Shown here piece after piece: positions 1 through 9,617 of a stretch of DNA of 64,000 nt. The stretch spans positions 1,088,001-1,152,000 of the forward strand of contig CAXXOA010000001.1 of assembly GCA_963666275.2 (NCBI GenBank), given 5' to 3'. Numbering within the stretch: the first letter of the stretch is position 1; each line of letters begins with the position of its first letter. This DNA comes from Oceanispirochaeta sp. (GTDB taxonomy: Bacteria; Spirochaetota; Spirochaetia; DSM-2461). Below the pieces are notes generated by a model. It was given only the letters and a program-made list of their open reading frames with translations, searched no databases and was not told the origin of the DNA. The position numbers were made by a program, and so were the translations under genes.

Positions 1-1412
1 AATGGGCCCTGGCCTATCTGGGTATCCTTTTTGCGGGAGCTACGGTTGTTCCTCTGGATTACGGCCTGAAAAGTAAAGAAATTCAGGGGCTGATGGAGGT
101 GGCTGATGTTTCCATCCTTTTCTGCGATGAGGAAAAATATGACTTTTTCAAAGATCTGAACCTGAAAGAGCTTATCAGTCTGACTCCGAAAAAAGATCAT
201 TACATCCTGGATATCCAGTGCGATGCCAGTGAGGAGATTGAACTCCCCGGAGAGAAGGACCTGGCGGCGATTCTCTTTACATCGGGAACCACCGGTGTGG
301 CCAAAGGGGTTATGCTGACTCATCAGAACTTCATAAGCGATGCCTATCAGGCCCAGGCGCATATGAATATCTATCATACCGATGTTTTCTATGCCCTCCT
401 TCCGCTTCATCACTCCTATTCCATGCTGGCTGTTTTTATTGAGTCTGTCTGTGTGGGAGCCGAAGTGGTTTTTGCCAAGGCTCTGGCGATCCAGCAGATT
501 CTGAAGGATCTGAAGAAAGGCAAGGTTACCATGTTCCTGGGTATTCCCATGCTCTTCAATAAGCTTATCAAGGGCCTTATGAAGGGGATCCGGGAAAAAG
601 GGGTGGTCGTGTATGGAATCATCCGTTTCCTTATGGCTGTCAGCGGACTGATCAAGAAGACTTTCCATGTGAACCCCGGTAAAGTCATGTTCAAGGGGCT
701 CCTCAAAAAAGTATCCCTTGATACAAACCGGATCTGTATCTGCGGAGGCGGTCCTCTCCCCGCCTCGACCTTTAAAATGTTCAATCAGCTGGGAATTGAC
801 TTTGTTCAGGGCTACGGCCTTACAGAAACATCCCCGATTGTGGCTCTGAATCCCAAGGAAGCCTACAAAGAGGAGTCTGTGGGTAAGATGATTCCCGGTA
901 CGGAAACTAAAATCCTTGATCCCGATGAACACGGAAACGGTGAGATCGCCGTCCGCGGTTCCATGATAATGCAGGGATACTATAAAAATGAGGAAGCCAC
1001 CTGGGAAGTCCTTATGGACGACGGATTTCTCAAAACCGGTGATGTGGGCTATCTGGACAGTGACAACTACCTCTATCTGACAGGCCGGGCCAAATCCATG
1101 ATCGTAACAGAGGGAGGAAAAAATGTCTTCCCCGAAGAGATCGAAGACAAGTTTCAGCTCTATGATGAAGTGGAGCAGATCCTGGTCAGAGGGTTCCTGC
1201 TGGATGAGAAGATGAAAGTAGAGGGCATTGAAGCTCTTATCTATCCTGCGGAAGACTGCAGCGATAAAAGTGAAGCCCACTTTCAGAAAATCATAGAAGA
1301 GGTGAATCACGAACTGAAACCCTATCAGAAGATTCACCGTCTCAAAGTCCTGGAGGAACCAATGGAAATGACCACCACCAGGAAAATTAAAAGATTTGCT
1401 GTAAAAGAATAA
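1..1412 (+). CDS. AMP-binding long-chain fatty-acid--CoA ligase (5'-truncated by the window edge)
   Basis: Frame is open to the window start. Motifs FTSGTTGVAKG, QGYGLTET, TGD..YL..TGR and KIKR are typical of the adenylate-forming FadD family. Confidence 0.9.
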   Translation, partial: WALAYLGILFAGATVVPLDYGLKSKEIQGLMEVADVSILFCDEEKYDFFKDLNLKELISLTPKKDHYILDIQCDASEEIELPGEKDLAAILFTSGTTGVAKGVMLTHQNFISDAYQAQAHMNIYHTDVFYALLPLHHSYSMLAVFIESVCVGAEVVFAKALAIQQILKDLKKGKVTMFLGIPMLFNKLIKGLMKGIREKGVVVYGIIRFLMAVSGLIKKTFHVNPGKVMFKGLLKKVSLDTNRICICGGGPLPASTFKMFNQLGIDFVQGYGLTETSPIVALNPKEAYKEESVGKMIPGTETKILDPDEHGNGEIAVRGSMIMQGYYKNEEATWEVLMDDGFLKTGDVGYLDSDNYLYLTGRAKSMIVTEGGKNVFPEEIEDKFQLYDEVEQILVRGFLLDEKMKVEGIEALIYPAEDCSDKSEAHFQKIIEEVNHELKPYQKIHRLKVLEEPMEMTTTRKIKRFAVKE

Positions 1413-1420
1413 GGAAATAT

Positions 1421-2203
1421 ATGAAACTGGAAATTTGCGACTCCAATGAGGCCCTTTATCAGAGGGTGGAGCGAGAAACAGGCAAACCTGTGCAGTGGGT
1501 TCAGGCAAAGGATATGCCCTCCATGGTGGAGGTCCGTCCAGCCCGAAAGGAGGATCCGGCTCATATCGTTTATATTTCCGAAGAGTTCCGGGAACCGGAA
1601 GGGCAGCATCTGATTGCCTGCAAGGGGTATCAGATTCTACGCATATTTTCGGAAAAAGAAAAAGACAGGATGGTACCTTCGGCTACCCGGGAGCATCTTA
1701 ACAATGCCCGTATGCGCCTGGCTTTGGATGTCTCGGAACGCCCTGATCTTTCCCGGGCTCTCAATGAAGAGGAAATCGTCAAAAGCTGGGTGTTCGGAGT
1801 GGTCAATCAGCTCCTCAGCCAGCCTGTGGATGTGTTCATTCAAAAAGCAGTGAAAGAGAATCACCCCGATCTGGAGGCCTCTCAGAATTCCGTTCTGGAA
1901 GGGCAGTTCCGGGATTTTCTCTCCGCCATGGGTGAAGAGGTCAGAATGTTCAGTCCTAAAACGGTTTACGACGCCTCTCTGATCATGAACGGTGTCTATC
2001 TCCATCTGCTGGACAGGCAGATCGGCAGTGATTTTATTTCCCGTCTGGAAGTTCTTCCCCAGAGACGGAGGATCGAACGGCTGGTGAAGGCCTCTCTGGA
2101 GGTTCTTGAGGACTCTCCGGCGGGAGACAGAAAGATGATTGAAACCTGGGCGGATTTTCTGCATATCCGGGACTGGTTCGAGTGGACCCCCTTCGAAAAA
2201 TGA
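1421..2203 (+). CDS. Hypothetical protein (260 aa)
   Basis: RBS AAGGA upstream, 8 nt after the ligase stop, and ATGA overlap with the next gene. No recognisable family. Confidence 0.8.
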   Translation: MKLEICDSNEALYQRVERETGKPVQWVQAKDMPSMVEVRPARKEDPAHIVYISEEFREPEGQHLIACKGYQILRIFSEKEKDRMVPSATREHLNNARMRLALDVSERPDLSRALNEEEIVKSWVFGVVNQLLSQPVDVFIQKAVKENHPDLEASQNSVLEGQFRDFLSAMGEEVRMFSPKTVYDASLIMNGVYLHLLDRQIGSDFISRLEVLPQRRRIERLVKASLEVLEDSPAGDRKMIETWADFLHIRDWFEWTPFEK

Positions 2204-3129
2204 AATACCTGGTCAGTGCCTGTCTGGCAGGAGAACACTGCCGCTATGACGGTGCCGCCTGTACCAGTCCTCTGATCCTTGATCTTGTCCGCAAAGGAGA
2301 AGCTCTTCCGGTCTGTCCCGAACTTCTGGGTGGATTCAGTGTTCCCCGGAGTCCCTGCGAAATCCGGGGAGAGTCCGTTCTCACCCGGGAGGGGGAGGAT
2401 GTGACCGGGGCTTTCCTTCTCGGAGCGAAAGCGGCTCGGGACCGGGCCATTATGAACAGGATTCCTGCGGCAATTCTGAAAAACAACTGCCCCTCCTGCG
2501 GATTCGGATCTGTGTACGACGGGAGTTTTTCCGGCAGGAAAATCTCCGGACAGGGAATGACTGCAAAGGTTCTTTCCGGCTCAGGGCTCTTCCTTTTCAA
2601 CAGCGACTCCTTTGCCTTTTCCGACGGCACATGCCTTAAAAAAACCAGGGAGGCAGATTATCCTGACCTCATAGAGATATCCCGGGAATCCTTTCTGACA
2701 GATTCTACCGAACACTCCCCTCATACTCCCGGCGGCCCCGAAGGCTATGACAGCATCGATTGGCATAAAGAGGCGGCCAAGCGGGGGAAGCTCTTTACAG
2801 TTTTCCATCAGGGCAGGGTGGCGGGAGGTCTTTTTATCACCTTGAAATCCGATAAAACAGGGTGGATCAACAGAGTCTTTGTCCGCAATGATCTCAGAGG
2901 CCGGGGAATCGGCAGGCGGGTATTTTTCCTGCTGGAACAGAAATACTCCTCTATCCGGGAATGGGGACTGGACACTCCGGACTGGGCTGAGCATAATCAG
3001 AGATTCTATGAATCCATGGGGTACAGGATGACCAGAGAGATCTTTTCCAGAGAGGCGGGATTCTCTCTTATGGTTCTTCGTAGGAAGATGTTTATTCCGG
3101 CCCCGGAAAAGGTTGTTGAATCCAATTGA
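2200..3129 (+). CDS. DUF523/TudS-like (thiouracil desulfidase) domain fused to a GNAT acetyltransferase
   Basis: N-terminal VSACLAG..CRYDG, VCPE and PSCG motifs. C-terminal acetyl-CoA motif RGRGIG and FYESMGY. ATG at 2200 overlaps the upstream stop. Confidence 0.85.
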   Translation: MKYLVSACLAGEHCRYDGAACTSPLILDLVRKGEALPVCPELLGGFSVPRSPCEIRGESVLTREGEDVTGAFLLGAKAARDRAIMNRIPAAILKNNCPSCGFGSVYDGSFSGRKISGQGMTAKVLSGSGLFLFNSDSFAFSDGTCLKKTREADYPDLIEISRESFLTDSTEHSPHTPGGPEGYDSIDWHKEAAKRGKLFTVFHQGRVAGGLFITLKSDKTGWINRVFVRNDLRGRGIGRRVFFLLEQKYSSIREWGLDTPDWAEHNQRFYESMGYRMTREIFSREAGFSLMVLRRKMFIPAPEKVVESN

Positions 3130-3689
3130 TGATTATTAAGGAACTTATTGTTGTAGAAGGGGCCGATGATGTGGCAGCTGTCAAAAAAGCGGTTCAGGCG
3201 GAGGTCCTTCCCGTTCACGGTTTTGCCGTCCGTTCAGGAGAAACTCTGGATAAAATCCGCTTTGCCAGTCAGAGAGTGGGTGTTATTGTTCTGACTGATC
3301 CCGATTATGCGGGCCGTCAGATCCGTGAAACCATTGAGAAAGCCGTTCCCAATGTTAAGCATGCCTATATATCCCGCAAGGAAGGGACCAGAGGAGATAA
3401 TATCGGAGTGGAGAATGCCACGTCCGAGGCGATACAGGCGGCTTTGAAGAAAGCCCGGTATAAGCTGGTGGAGAAACGGGAGGAGTTTACCCTCGGGGAC
3501 ATGGATTATTACGGCCTGTCCGGCGATGCGGGATCCCGGGAGCTCCGGAGAAAGCTGGGAGAACGGCTGAGGATCGGTTACGGAAATACCAAACAGTTCC
3601 TGGCCCGTCTGAATCACTACGATATCAGCCGGGAGGAACTTGAAGCCCTGATCCGGGAGCTGGCTCCCCCTACAGAGGATCGGGAATAA
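3129..3689 (+). CDS. rnmV: Ribonuclease M5 (Toprim + C-terminal DUF4093-type domain)
   Basis: IVVEG..D, LTDPDYAG..IR, IGVENA and IGYGNTKQFL..LN motifs. TGATG overlap with the upstream gene. Confidence 0.9.
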   Translation: MIIKELIVVEGADDVAAVKKAVQAEVLPVHGFAVRSGETLDKIRFASQRVGVIVLTDPDYAGRQIRETIEKAVPNVKHAYISRKEGTRGDNIGVENATSEAIQAALKKARYKLVEKREEFTLGDMDYYGLSGDAGSRELRRKLGERLRIGYGNTKQFLARLNHYDISREELEALIRELAPPTEDRE

Positions 3690-4890
3690 CAGTTTCTTCC
3701 TGCTGATCCCGGGGGACTTCCTTCCCTCCTGAGAGCCTCTCCATAAACATGGCGGCAGCCAGGACTCCGAAATAGAGTGGGATCAGAGCAAAGGAGATCC
3801 TCAGATTTATCCTGTCTCCTATCAGGCCCATAAGCCAGCTAGTCACGGCAAACCCGGGAATACCCATGACCGAAAGAAGAATAAAGATCATTGTCGAGTC
3901 TCCCCGGATCCTGTCCACTCCGTAGGACTGCAGGCTGGGCCAGAAGCAGGCCACCGCCAGTCCCGCGGGAAACAGCAGGATAAACAGCCCTGTGAGCGAG
4001 CGGATATAAAAAAATCCGAAACTGATAAGAAGTCCCCCCAGAGCGGAAATCATGATCTGATGGTAGATATGCTTCTGCTTCACAAGCCCGCCGGCTATGC
4101 GCCCTGTTATCATCCCCGCCGCGAATATGGCTGTTCCCAGGGCTCCGGCCCGGGGTCCCGTATTATAGGTGAGCTGGATAAAACTGGCACTCCAGAAGGT
4201 GTAGGCTGATTCCGCTCCGCCTCCGCAGACCATTGCCAGCCCGAAAACCCAGAACCGCCTGTTTTTCAGTAGCTGCGAAGCATGATTCAGAGGATTTCCC
4301 CCGGGTCTGGCCGGAAGCATGCCCATGCGGGATGTTTTTATGGTACTCCCGAGAAACAGGAGGCACACCAGAAGGCACAGGGCTCCCAGGCCGAGGAATA
4401 TGTACCGCCAGGAGATCTGGGCAGTCAGAAGTTCTCCTACCGTCAGGACAGTTACCAGGACGCCGATGGAAAAAAAGGCATTCACAATATTCAGATAGGC
4501 TCCGGAATTCCGGGGATGGAGATCCTGTATGAGCGGATTGATAAGGGCCTCCAGGAGTCCTCCGCCGAGGCCGACAAACACCATCGCCAGAAGGATAAAG
4601 GAAAAGGACGGGGCCAGTCCGTAGAAGATCAGCCCTCCTGTTAAAAGAAGGCCACCGGCGGATAATACCGCGGCTTTCCCCCATCTGGCCGCGGCGATAC
4701 CGCTAATCAGCAGAATCAGAGTCAGAAGCAGGGCTCTGACGCTTTCAATGGACCCGCCCTCGGAAAGATTCAGGTTCAGCTCTTTAGAAAGGATCACCAG
4801 GCATACAGGTGTGGCCACGGCACTGGCCGCATAGACCGCAAGATAGGCGCAGGAACTGTAATCCAGCAGGGTCAGCTTCAGTTTTCTCAT
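3670..4890 (-). CDS. MFS transporter (FucP/TsgA-like)
   Basis: About 12 hydrophobic segments; GLGGGLLEALINP and GMITGR motifs. Confidence 0.85.
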   Translation of the reverse strand: MRKLKLTLLDYSSCAYLAVYAASAVATPVCLVILSKELNLNLSEGGSIESVRALLLTLILLISGIAAARWGKAAVLSAGGLLLTGGLIFYGLAPSFSFILLAMVFVGLGGGLLEALINPLIQDLHPRNSGAYLNIVNAFFSIGVLVTVLTVGELLTAQISWRYIFLGLGALCLLVCLLFLGSTIKTSRMGMLPARPGGNPLNHASQLLKNRRFWVFGLAMVCGGGAESAYTFWSASFIQLTYNTGPRAGALGTAIFAAGMITGRIAGGLVKQKHIYHQIMISALGGLLISFGFFYIRSLTGLFILLFPAGLAVACFWPSLQSYGVDRIRGDSTMIFILLSVMGIPGFAVTSWLMGLIGDRINLRISFALIPLYFGVLAAAMFMERLSGGKEVPRDQQEETVIPDPL

Positions 4891-4896
4891 AAAAGA

Positions 4897-4925
4897 AATG
4901 TAGTTTATGATTCAGGAAGATGCAA
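4897..4925 (-). promoter_or_regulatory. Sigma70-like promoter of the MFS gene (leaderless geometry)
   Basis: Minus strand reads TTGCAT-17 nt-TACATT, then 6 nt, then ATG at 4890. Confidence 0.6.
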
Positions 4926-5016
4926 GGGAGCAGGGGGGGAGAGGTCTATTTCGCAAAACAGAAGAATCTGTAGTTTTTTGAATATTTTAAATCTATAATG
5001 TAACCATGAGGCGTTT

Positions 5017-6063
5017 ATGAGAAATCTCACACTATCACTTCTGATACTCATGGCATTCGGTTTTGTTTCCTGCCGGGACAAAGACACCGCTGCTGAGGCG
5101 TCTCTTCCTGAAACTGTTTCAGAAAGACCGAAAGTCCTTTTTATCGACTCCTACCATGCCGAGTTTCCCTGGGTCATGTCTATTATGGAAGGCCTGTATG
5201 ATGTTTTTCAGATTGACCTGGATGCACAGGGAGAGCCTGTCAGTTCCACCGGCCTTGTGGAGCTGAAGATTTATCATATGGATACAAAAAGAAACAGCAG
5301 CCTGGAATTCATAGAAAATGCCGCACAGGAAGCCCGGGATCTTATCACTGAGTGGCAGCCCGGGATCGTCATAGCCAGTGATGATAATGCTTCAAAATAC
5401 CTGATTGCCCCCTATTACCTGGGCCGGTCTCTCCCCTTTGTTTTCTGCGGTGTCAACTGGGATGCTTCGGAGTATGGATTTCCTGCGGAGAATGTCACAG
5501 GGATCCTGGAGGTACAGCTGATTGATCAGCTTGTAAAGGAGCTCTCCCTGTATAGCCGGGGGGATTCTATCGGTTTTCTGAAAGGAGACTCCCTTACGGC
5601 CCGGAAAGAGGGCAGTGAATTTGAAAAGCTTCTGGGAAGGGAGATTGTACAGGCCTATGCCAGGGATTACGAAGACTGGGAGTCTCTCTACAGGCAGCTT
5701 CAGAAACAGGTGGATATCCTCCTTGTGGGCCACCTCGAAGCCCTTCCGGACTGGGACCGGGATATGGACAAGCTTTCGGATTTTATGATTGAAAATACAG
5801 AGATCCCCACAGGATCCTGGGACCCCTGGTTCAGTCCCATGGTGCTTGTCACCTATGCGCAGATGGGGGAAGAGCAGGGGCGCTGGTCAGCGGAAACAGC
5901 CCTGAAGATCCTTTCCGGTCTGTCTCCCCGGGAGATCCCCATCGCCAGAAATAAACAGGCAGCGGTCTATCTGAATATGGATCTGGCAAAGAAGCTGGGG
6001 ATTAAATTCCCTCAGGAGCTGATCGAAAGGTCCCATCTTGTCAGTAGAGACAGCGGGAACTGA
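5017..6063 (+). CDS. Lipoprotein, ABC-type substrate-binding domain
   Basis: Signal peptide ending FVSC (lipobox-like); IDSYH, ASDDNA, PFVFCGVN and EEQGRWSA motifs. Confidence 0.8.
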   Translation: MRNLTLSLLILMAFGFVSCRDKDTAAEASLPETVSERPKVLFIDSYHAEFPWVMSIMEGLYDVFQIDLDAQGEPVSSTGLVELKIYHMDTKRNSSLEFIENAAQEARDLITEWQPGIVIASDDNASKYLIAPYYLGRSLPFVFCGVNWDASEYGFPAENVTGILEVQLIDQLVKELSLYSRGDSIGFLKGDSLTARKEGSEFEKLLGREIVQAYARDYEDWESLYRQLQKQVDILLVGHLEALPDWDRDMDKLSDFMIENTEIPTGSWDPWFSPMVLVTYAQMGEEQGRWSAETALKILSGLSPREIPIARNKQAAVYLNMDLAKKLGIKFPQELIERSHLVSRDSGN

Positions 6064-6082
6064 GAGATAGCCGGGAGACGGA

Positions 6083-8431
6083 GTGCGTTTGTTTTCATTC
6101 AAATCATTTACATTCAAACTGATATTTATTATCGGACTGCTCTTCCTCTTTTCAGTTCTCTCCCTTCTGATACTTGTTGACAGACAGCTTCATAGTATTA
6201 TCGATAAAAGTCAGCAGACTCTGTTTGAAGGAAAGATTCAGATTCTCATTAATGATCTGGATACAACCAATGAAAGGCTCCTGAGGACAGGACTGGTTGA
6301 CGCGTATATTGATGATTTTCAGTCATCCTTTTTAAGAAATCTACAGGACACCTACTATGACAGTCCCGAGATCCTTCAGGAAGCCCCGTTTATTCTGGAC
6401 AGGAGCTTTACCATCCTGTCCCATCCCGTTCTTCCCGCGGGGGACCGTTCCCTTCAGGACATTTTCCGGAATCTTAAAAATCCCGAGGCCAGTGCCAGCG
6501 GAAGAGGTCGGGTTGCCGAGCACAGGGAGGGCCGGGAGAAAACCTGGTATATCTATAAGTTTTACTCCCCCTGGGGCTGGTATATCGGCTATTCACTTCC
6601 CTACAGTATCAAATACAGGGATCTCAGATTATTCAGAAACAATCTGATTATCCTGACATCAGTCCTCTCAATTATAGTCCTTGCGGTACTGGCTTTTCTC
6701 CTTTTGAATTTTACTTCTCCCATTATCCGGCTGACCCAGATAGCCGCGAAGATTGCCAGGGGGGAACTGGAACATCACATTGAAGTCAGGAATTCCGATG
6801 AAATCGGTCTCCTGGCAGGCAGTTTCGATGAAATGCAGAAGGCTGTCAAACAGAAAATTGAGGATCTGAAATGTGAAATTGCCGAACGGAAAAAGGCGGA
6901 AACCGCCCTTGTTGAAGCCAGGGAAGAGACGGGAAGCATTATCAATTCCATGCCTTCCGTGATTATTGCTCTGGATGAAAACAGAAGGGTAACGCAGTGG
7001 AACGATAAAGCAGAGGAGTATTTCGGTCTGAAATTCAATGACGTCAGGGGAAAGGACCTTTTTTCAGTATTTCCCGAGATTTCTGACTTTGCCTTGAGGA
7101 TCAGAAAGGATCTTGCTGCGGGAAAGATCTTTGAAGAGGTCAGATCCCGGTTTTCAGGTGAGGGAAAAACTCTGTATGAAAACGTGACTGTCTATCCCCT
7201 GTTCATCCCCTCCCGGGAGGAAGGCGCAGCGGTCTCCCGGGGAGCTGTCATAAGAATTGACGATATCACAGAAAAGAAAAAGCTGGAGCAGCAGCTGTCA
7301 CACGCCATGAAAATGGAGGCTGTGGGGCATCTGGCCGGGGGAGTCGCCCATGATTTCAACAATATGCTTACCGGAATCTCCGGGGCTGCCCAGATTCTCA
7401 AACTCCACGGGGCTTTTGAAAAGGAGGAGGACAGCCAGTATCTGGATATGATCCTGGAAGCTTCTTCCAGAGCGGGAGATCTCACAGGAAAACTGCTCTC
7501 ATTCTCCCGCCGTTCCGATCTGACGGACCTGCCTATAGACCTTTCAAAAGTGCTCCGGGATACTATGGTCCTTCTGGAAAGGACGATTGATAAAAAAGTC
7601 AGAATACATGTCAGTGAGACCGCGGAAAATACCGTCATATCGGGAGAGTATTCGGATCTGCAGAACTGTCTTCTCAATCTGGCGCTGAATGCCTCCCATG
7701 CCATGCCCGAAGGGGGAGAGCTCTTTCTGCAGACACGCAATCTGACCCTGGGGGAATCCTACTGCCGGATCAGTCCCTTCTCCATTGAACCGGGAGAGTA
7801 TGTCGAGCTTGAAGTCAGAGATACGGGAACCGGAATCAGCCCGGAGAATCTGGACAGGATCTTTGATCCTTTTTTTACAACAAAAAGCCGGGATAAAGGG
7901 ACCGGACTGGGACTCTCATCGGTCTATTCCAGCGTCAAGAATCATCACGGCGAAATCCGCGTGTACAGCGAAGTCGGAGTGGGAACCGTATTTCATCTGT
8001 ATCTGCCCTGTATTGAATCCAGGGGAGGGGCAGAGATTCCCGGAGAAACCAGAAGGGGAACCGGAACCATCCTGTTCATTGACGATGAAAAGCTTGTCAG
8101 ACTGACTGCCAGACCCATGCTGGAAGGGCTTGGATATGAAGTGATCGATGTAGATAACGGCAGGGAAGGGATCGAAATCTACAGAGAACGGAAAGAGGAT
8201 ATCGATCTTGTGATTACCGATATGATCATGCCTGAAATTGACGGCAGGGAAGTTTTTACAGCTCTCAGAAAGATTGACCCCGATGTGAGAGTCATTATTT
8301 CCTCGGGATTCACTCCTCCTGATATTTTAAGGGAACTTAACGGGAAGGGCCTGAGCGGTTTTATACAGAAACCCTATAAACAGAAAGAATTCAGTACACT
8401 GATTCATAAAGTCCTTACAGGAGAGGAGTAA
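6083..8431 (+). CDS. Hybrid sensor histidine kinase (TM-HAMP-PAS-HisKA-HATPase-REC)
   Basis: HAMP DEIGLLAGSF; H-box GVAHDFNNML; N/G boxes LALNA, DTGTG, FFTTK..GTGLGL; receiver IDDE..ITDMIMP..KPY. Confidence 0.93.
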   Translation: MRLFSFKSFTFKLIFIIGLLFLFSVLSLLILVDRQLHSIIDKSQQTLFEGKIQILINDLDTTNERLLRTGLVDAYIDDFQSSFLRNLQDTYYDSPEILQEAPFILDRSFTILSHPVLPAGDRSLQDIFRNLKNPEASASGRGRVAEHREGREKTWYIYKFYSPWGWYIGYSLPYSIKYRDLRLFRNNLIILTSVLSIIVLAVLAFLLLNFTSPIIRLTQIAAKIARGELEHHIEVRNSDEIGLLAGSFDEMQKAVKQKIEDLKCEIAERKKAETALVEAREETGSIINSMPSVIIALDENRRVTQWNDKAEEYFGLKFNDVRGKDLFSVFPEISDFALRIRKDLAAGKIFEEVRSRFSGEGKTLYENVTVYPLFIPSREEGAAVSRGAVIRIDDITEKKKLEQQLSHAMKMEAVGHLAGGVAHDFNNMLTGISGAAQILKLHGAFEKEEDSQYLDMILEASSRAGDLTGKLLSFSRRSDLTDLPIDLSKVLRDTMVLLERTIDKKVRIHVSETAENTVISGEYSDLQNCLLNLALNASHAMPEGGELFLQTRNLTLGESYCRISPFSIEPGEYVELEVRDTGTGISPENLDRIFDPFFTTKSRDKGTGLGLSSVYSSVKNHHGEIRVYSEVGVGTVFHLYLPCIESRGGAEIPGETRRGTGTILFIDDEKLVRLTARPMLEGLGYEVIDVDNGREGIEIYRERKEDIDLVITDMIMPEIDGREVFTALRKIDPDVRVIISSGFTPPDILRELNGKGLSGFIQKPYKQKEFSTLIHKVLTGEE

Positions 8432-8580
8432 ACTCTCTTTATCATTTTCTGAAGTTGCCTCTATGATCACATTGAAAAAAAGGAAGATAGCCAATGAATG
8501 AACATACAGATTATTCCCGCTTAACCCGGGATATTCAGGAAATGCCTTGCCCTTTGAAGGGACCGCTGAGATAATAGGGT

Positions 8581-9309
8581 ATGGAAAAAATATCGTTAAA
8601 GAACAGTCAAATCCTGATTACAGGAGCTTCCCGGGGGATCGGCAGAGCCGCAGCCCTGGCTCTGGCGGAAGAAGGAGCCTTTCTCTACCTGGTCAGCCGT
8701 TCTGGGCAGGCACTGGAAGGTGTCAAAAAAGAAATTGAACAGAAAGGCGGCAAGGCGCTCTGCCTGCCTGTGGATCTGGCCGGGAGCAAGGGCCCCGAGT
8801 CTCTTGTAAAAGCATTGAAGGAGCATACTGACTCAGTGGATGTGCTTATCAATAATGCCGGAGCGGCCCTTTCCGCTCCTGTGGAAGAGTCGACCCCTGA
8901 AGACTGGGACAGAATCATGACTCTCAATGCCAGGACTCCCTACTTTCTCACACAGGCCCTTCTGCCCCTTATGGAGTCTTCCTCAGTCAAAACAATGATC
9001 AATATCGCTTCGGTGGTGGCCACGGCGGGGTATCCCCTGCAGTCGATCTATACAGCATCAAAGCATGCCCTGATCGGATTCAGCAAATCCCTGGCCAGGG
9101 AACTCCAGCCCCGGGGGTATAGAATCCACGTCCTGTCTCCGGGGGGAGTGGCCACGGATATGGTCACAGGTGTCAGACCGGATATCAATACGGAAGAACT
9201 GATCGGACCGGAGGAGCTGGGCGAGTGGATCCGCTTCCTTCTTACCTGCAGAGGAAACGGTATGGTCGATCATATTCAGATCCGGAGAGAGACGAAACTG
9301 CCCTGGTAG
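8581..9309 (+). CDS. Short-chain dehydrogenase/reductase
   Basis: TGASRGIG, NNAG, NIAS and catalytic YTASK motifs. Confidence 0.92.
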   Translation: MEKISLKNSQILITGASRGIGRAAALALAEEGAFLYLVSRSGQALEGVKKEIEQKGGKALCLPVDLAGSKGPESLVKALKEHTDSVDVLINNAGAALSAPVEESTPEDWDRIMTLNARTPYFLTQALLPLMESSSVKTMINIASVVATAGYPLQSIYTASKHALIGFSKSLARELQPRGYRIHVLSPGGVATDMVTGVRPDINTEELIGPEELGEWIRFLLTCRGNGMVDHIQIRRETKLPW

Positions 9310-9320
9310 GTATATAAATA

Positions 9321-9357
9321 TTGGAAAATGGTAATCCCGGGTGTATTATTACAGTAA
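9321..9357 (+). promoter_or_regulatory. Putative promoter/operator of the TA operon
   Basis: TTGGAA(9321)-17 nt-TATTAT(9344), followed by the palindrome TTACAGTAA at 9349-9357 over the expected TSS. Confidence 0.45.
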
Positions 9358-9368
9358 CGGGGGGGCTT

Positions 9369-9617
9369 ATGAGGATTCCAATACGTAAAGAGGGAAGCTC
9401 AGTGGTGCTGGAACTGCCGGCCGAGGCATGGGAGAACTGTGACCACGGAGAGTCTGTGGATGTGGAGATCCTCAACGGAGGACTGCTTATAAAACCAGTG
9501 AATTCCCGTTGCCGTTCGGACTGGAAGGAAAGTCTGAAAAATATGAAAGAGAGGGGCGTGGATAATCTCCTTATCGAAGAACCCTCTCTTGTAAAGATGG
9601 ATGACTGGGAATGGTGA
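9369..9617 (+). CDS. AbrB/MazE-family antitoxin
   Basis: 82 aa, MRIPIRKEGSSVVLELP...LLIKP swapped-hairpin pattern with an acidic WEW tail. Overlaps the downstream toxin. Confidence 0.8.
   Translation: MRIPIRKEGSSVVLELPAEAWENCDHGESVDVEILNGGLLIKPVNSRCRSDWKESLKNMKERGVDNLLIEEPSLVKMDDWEW

Noticed and set aside
8494..8574. 26-aa ORF MNEHTDYSRLTRDIQEMPCPLKGPLR after AAGGAAG
   Set aside because: Plausible RBS but no recognisable features, and it overlaps the putative SDR promoter. It cannot be distinguished from chance or a remnant.
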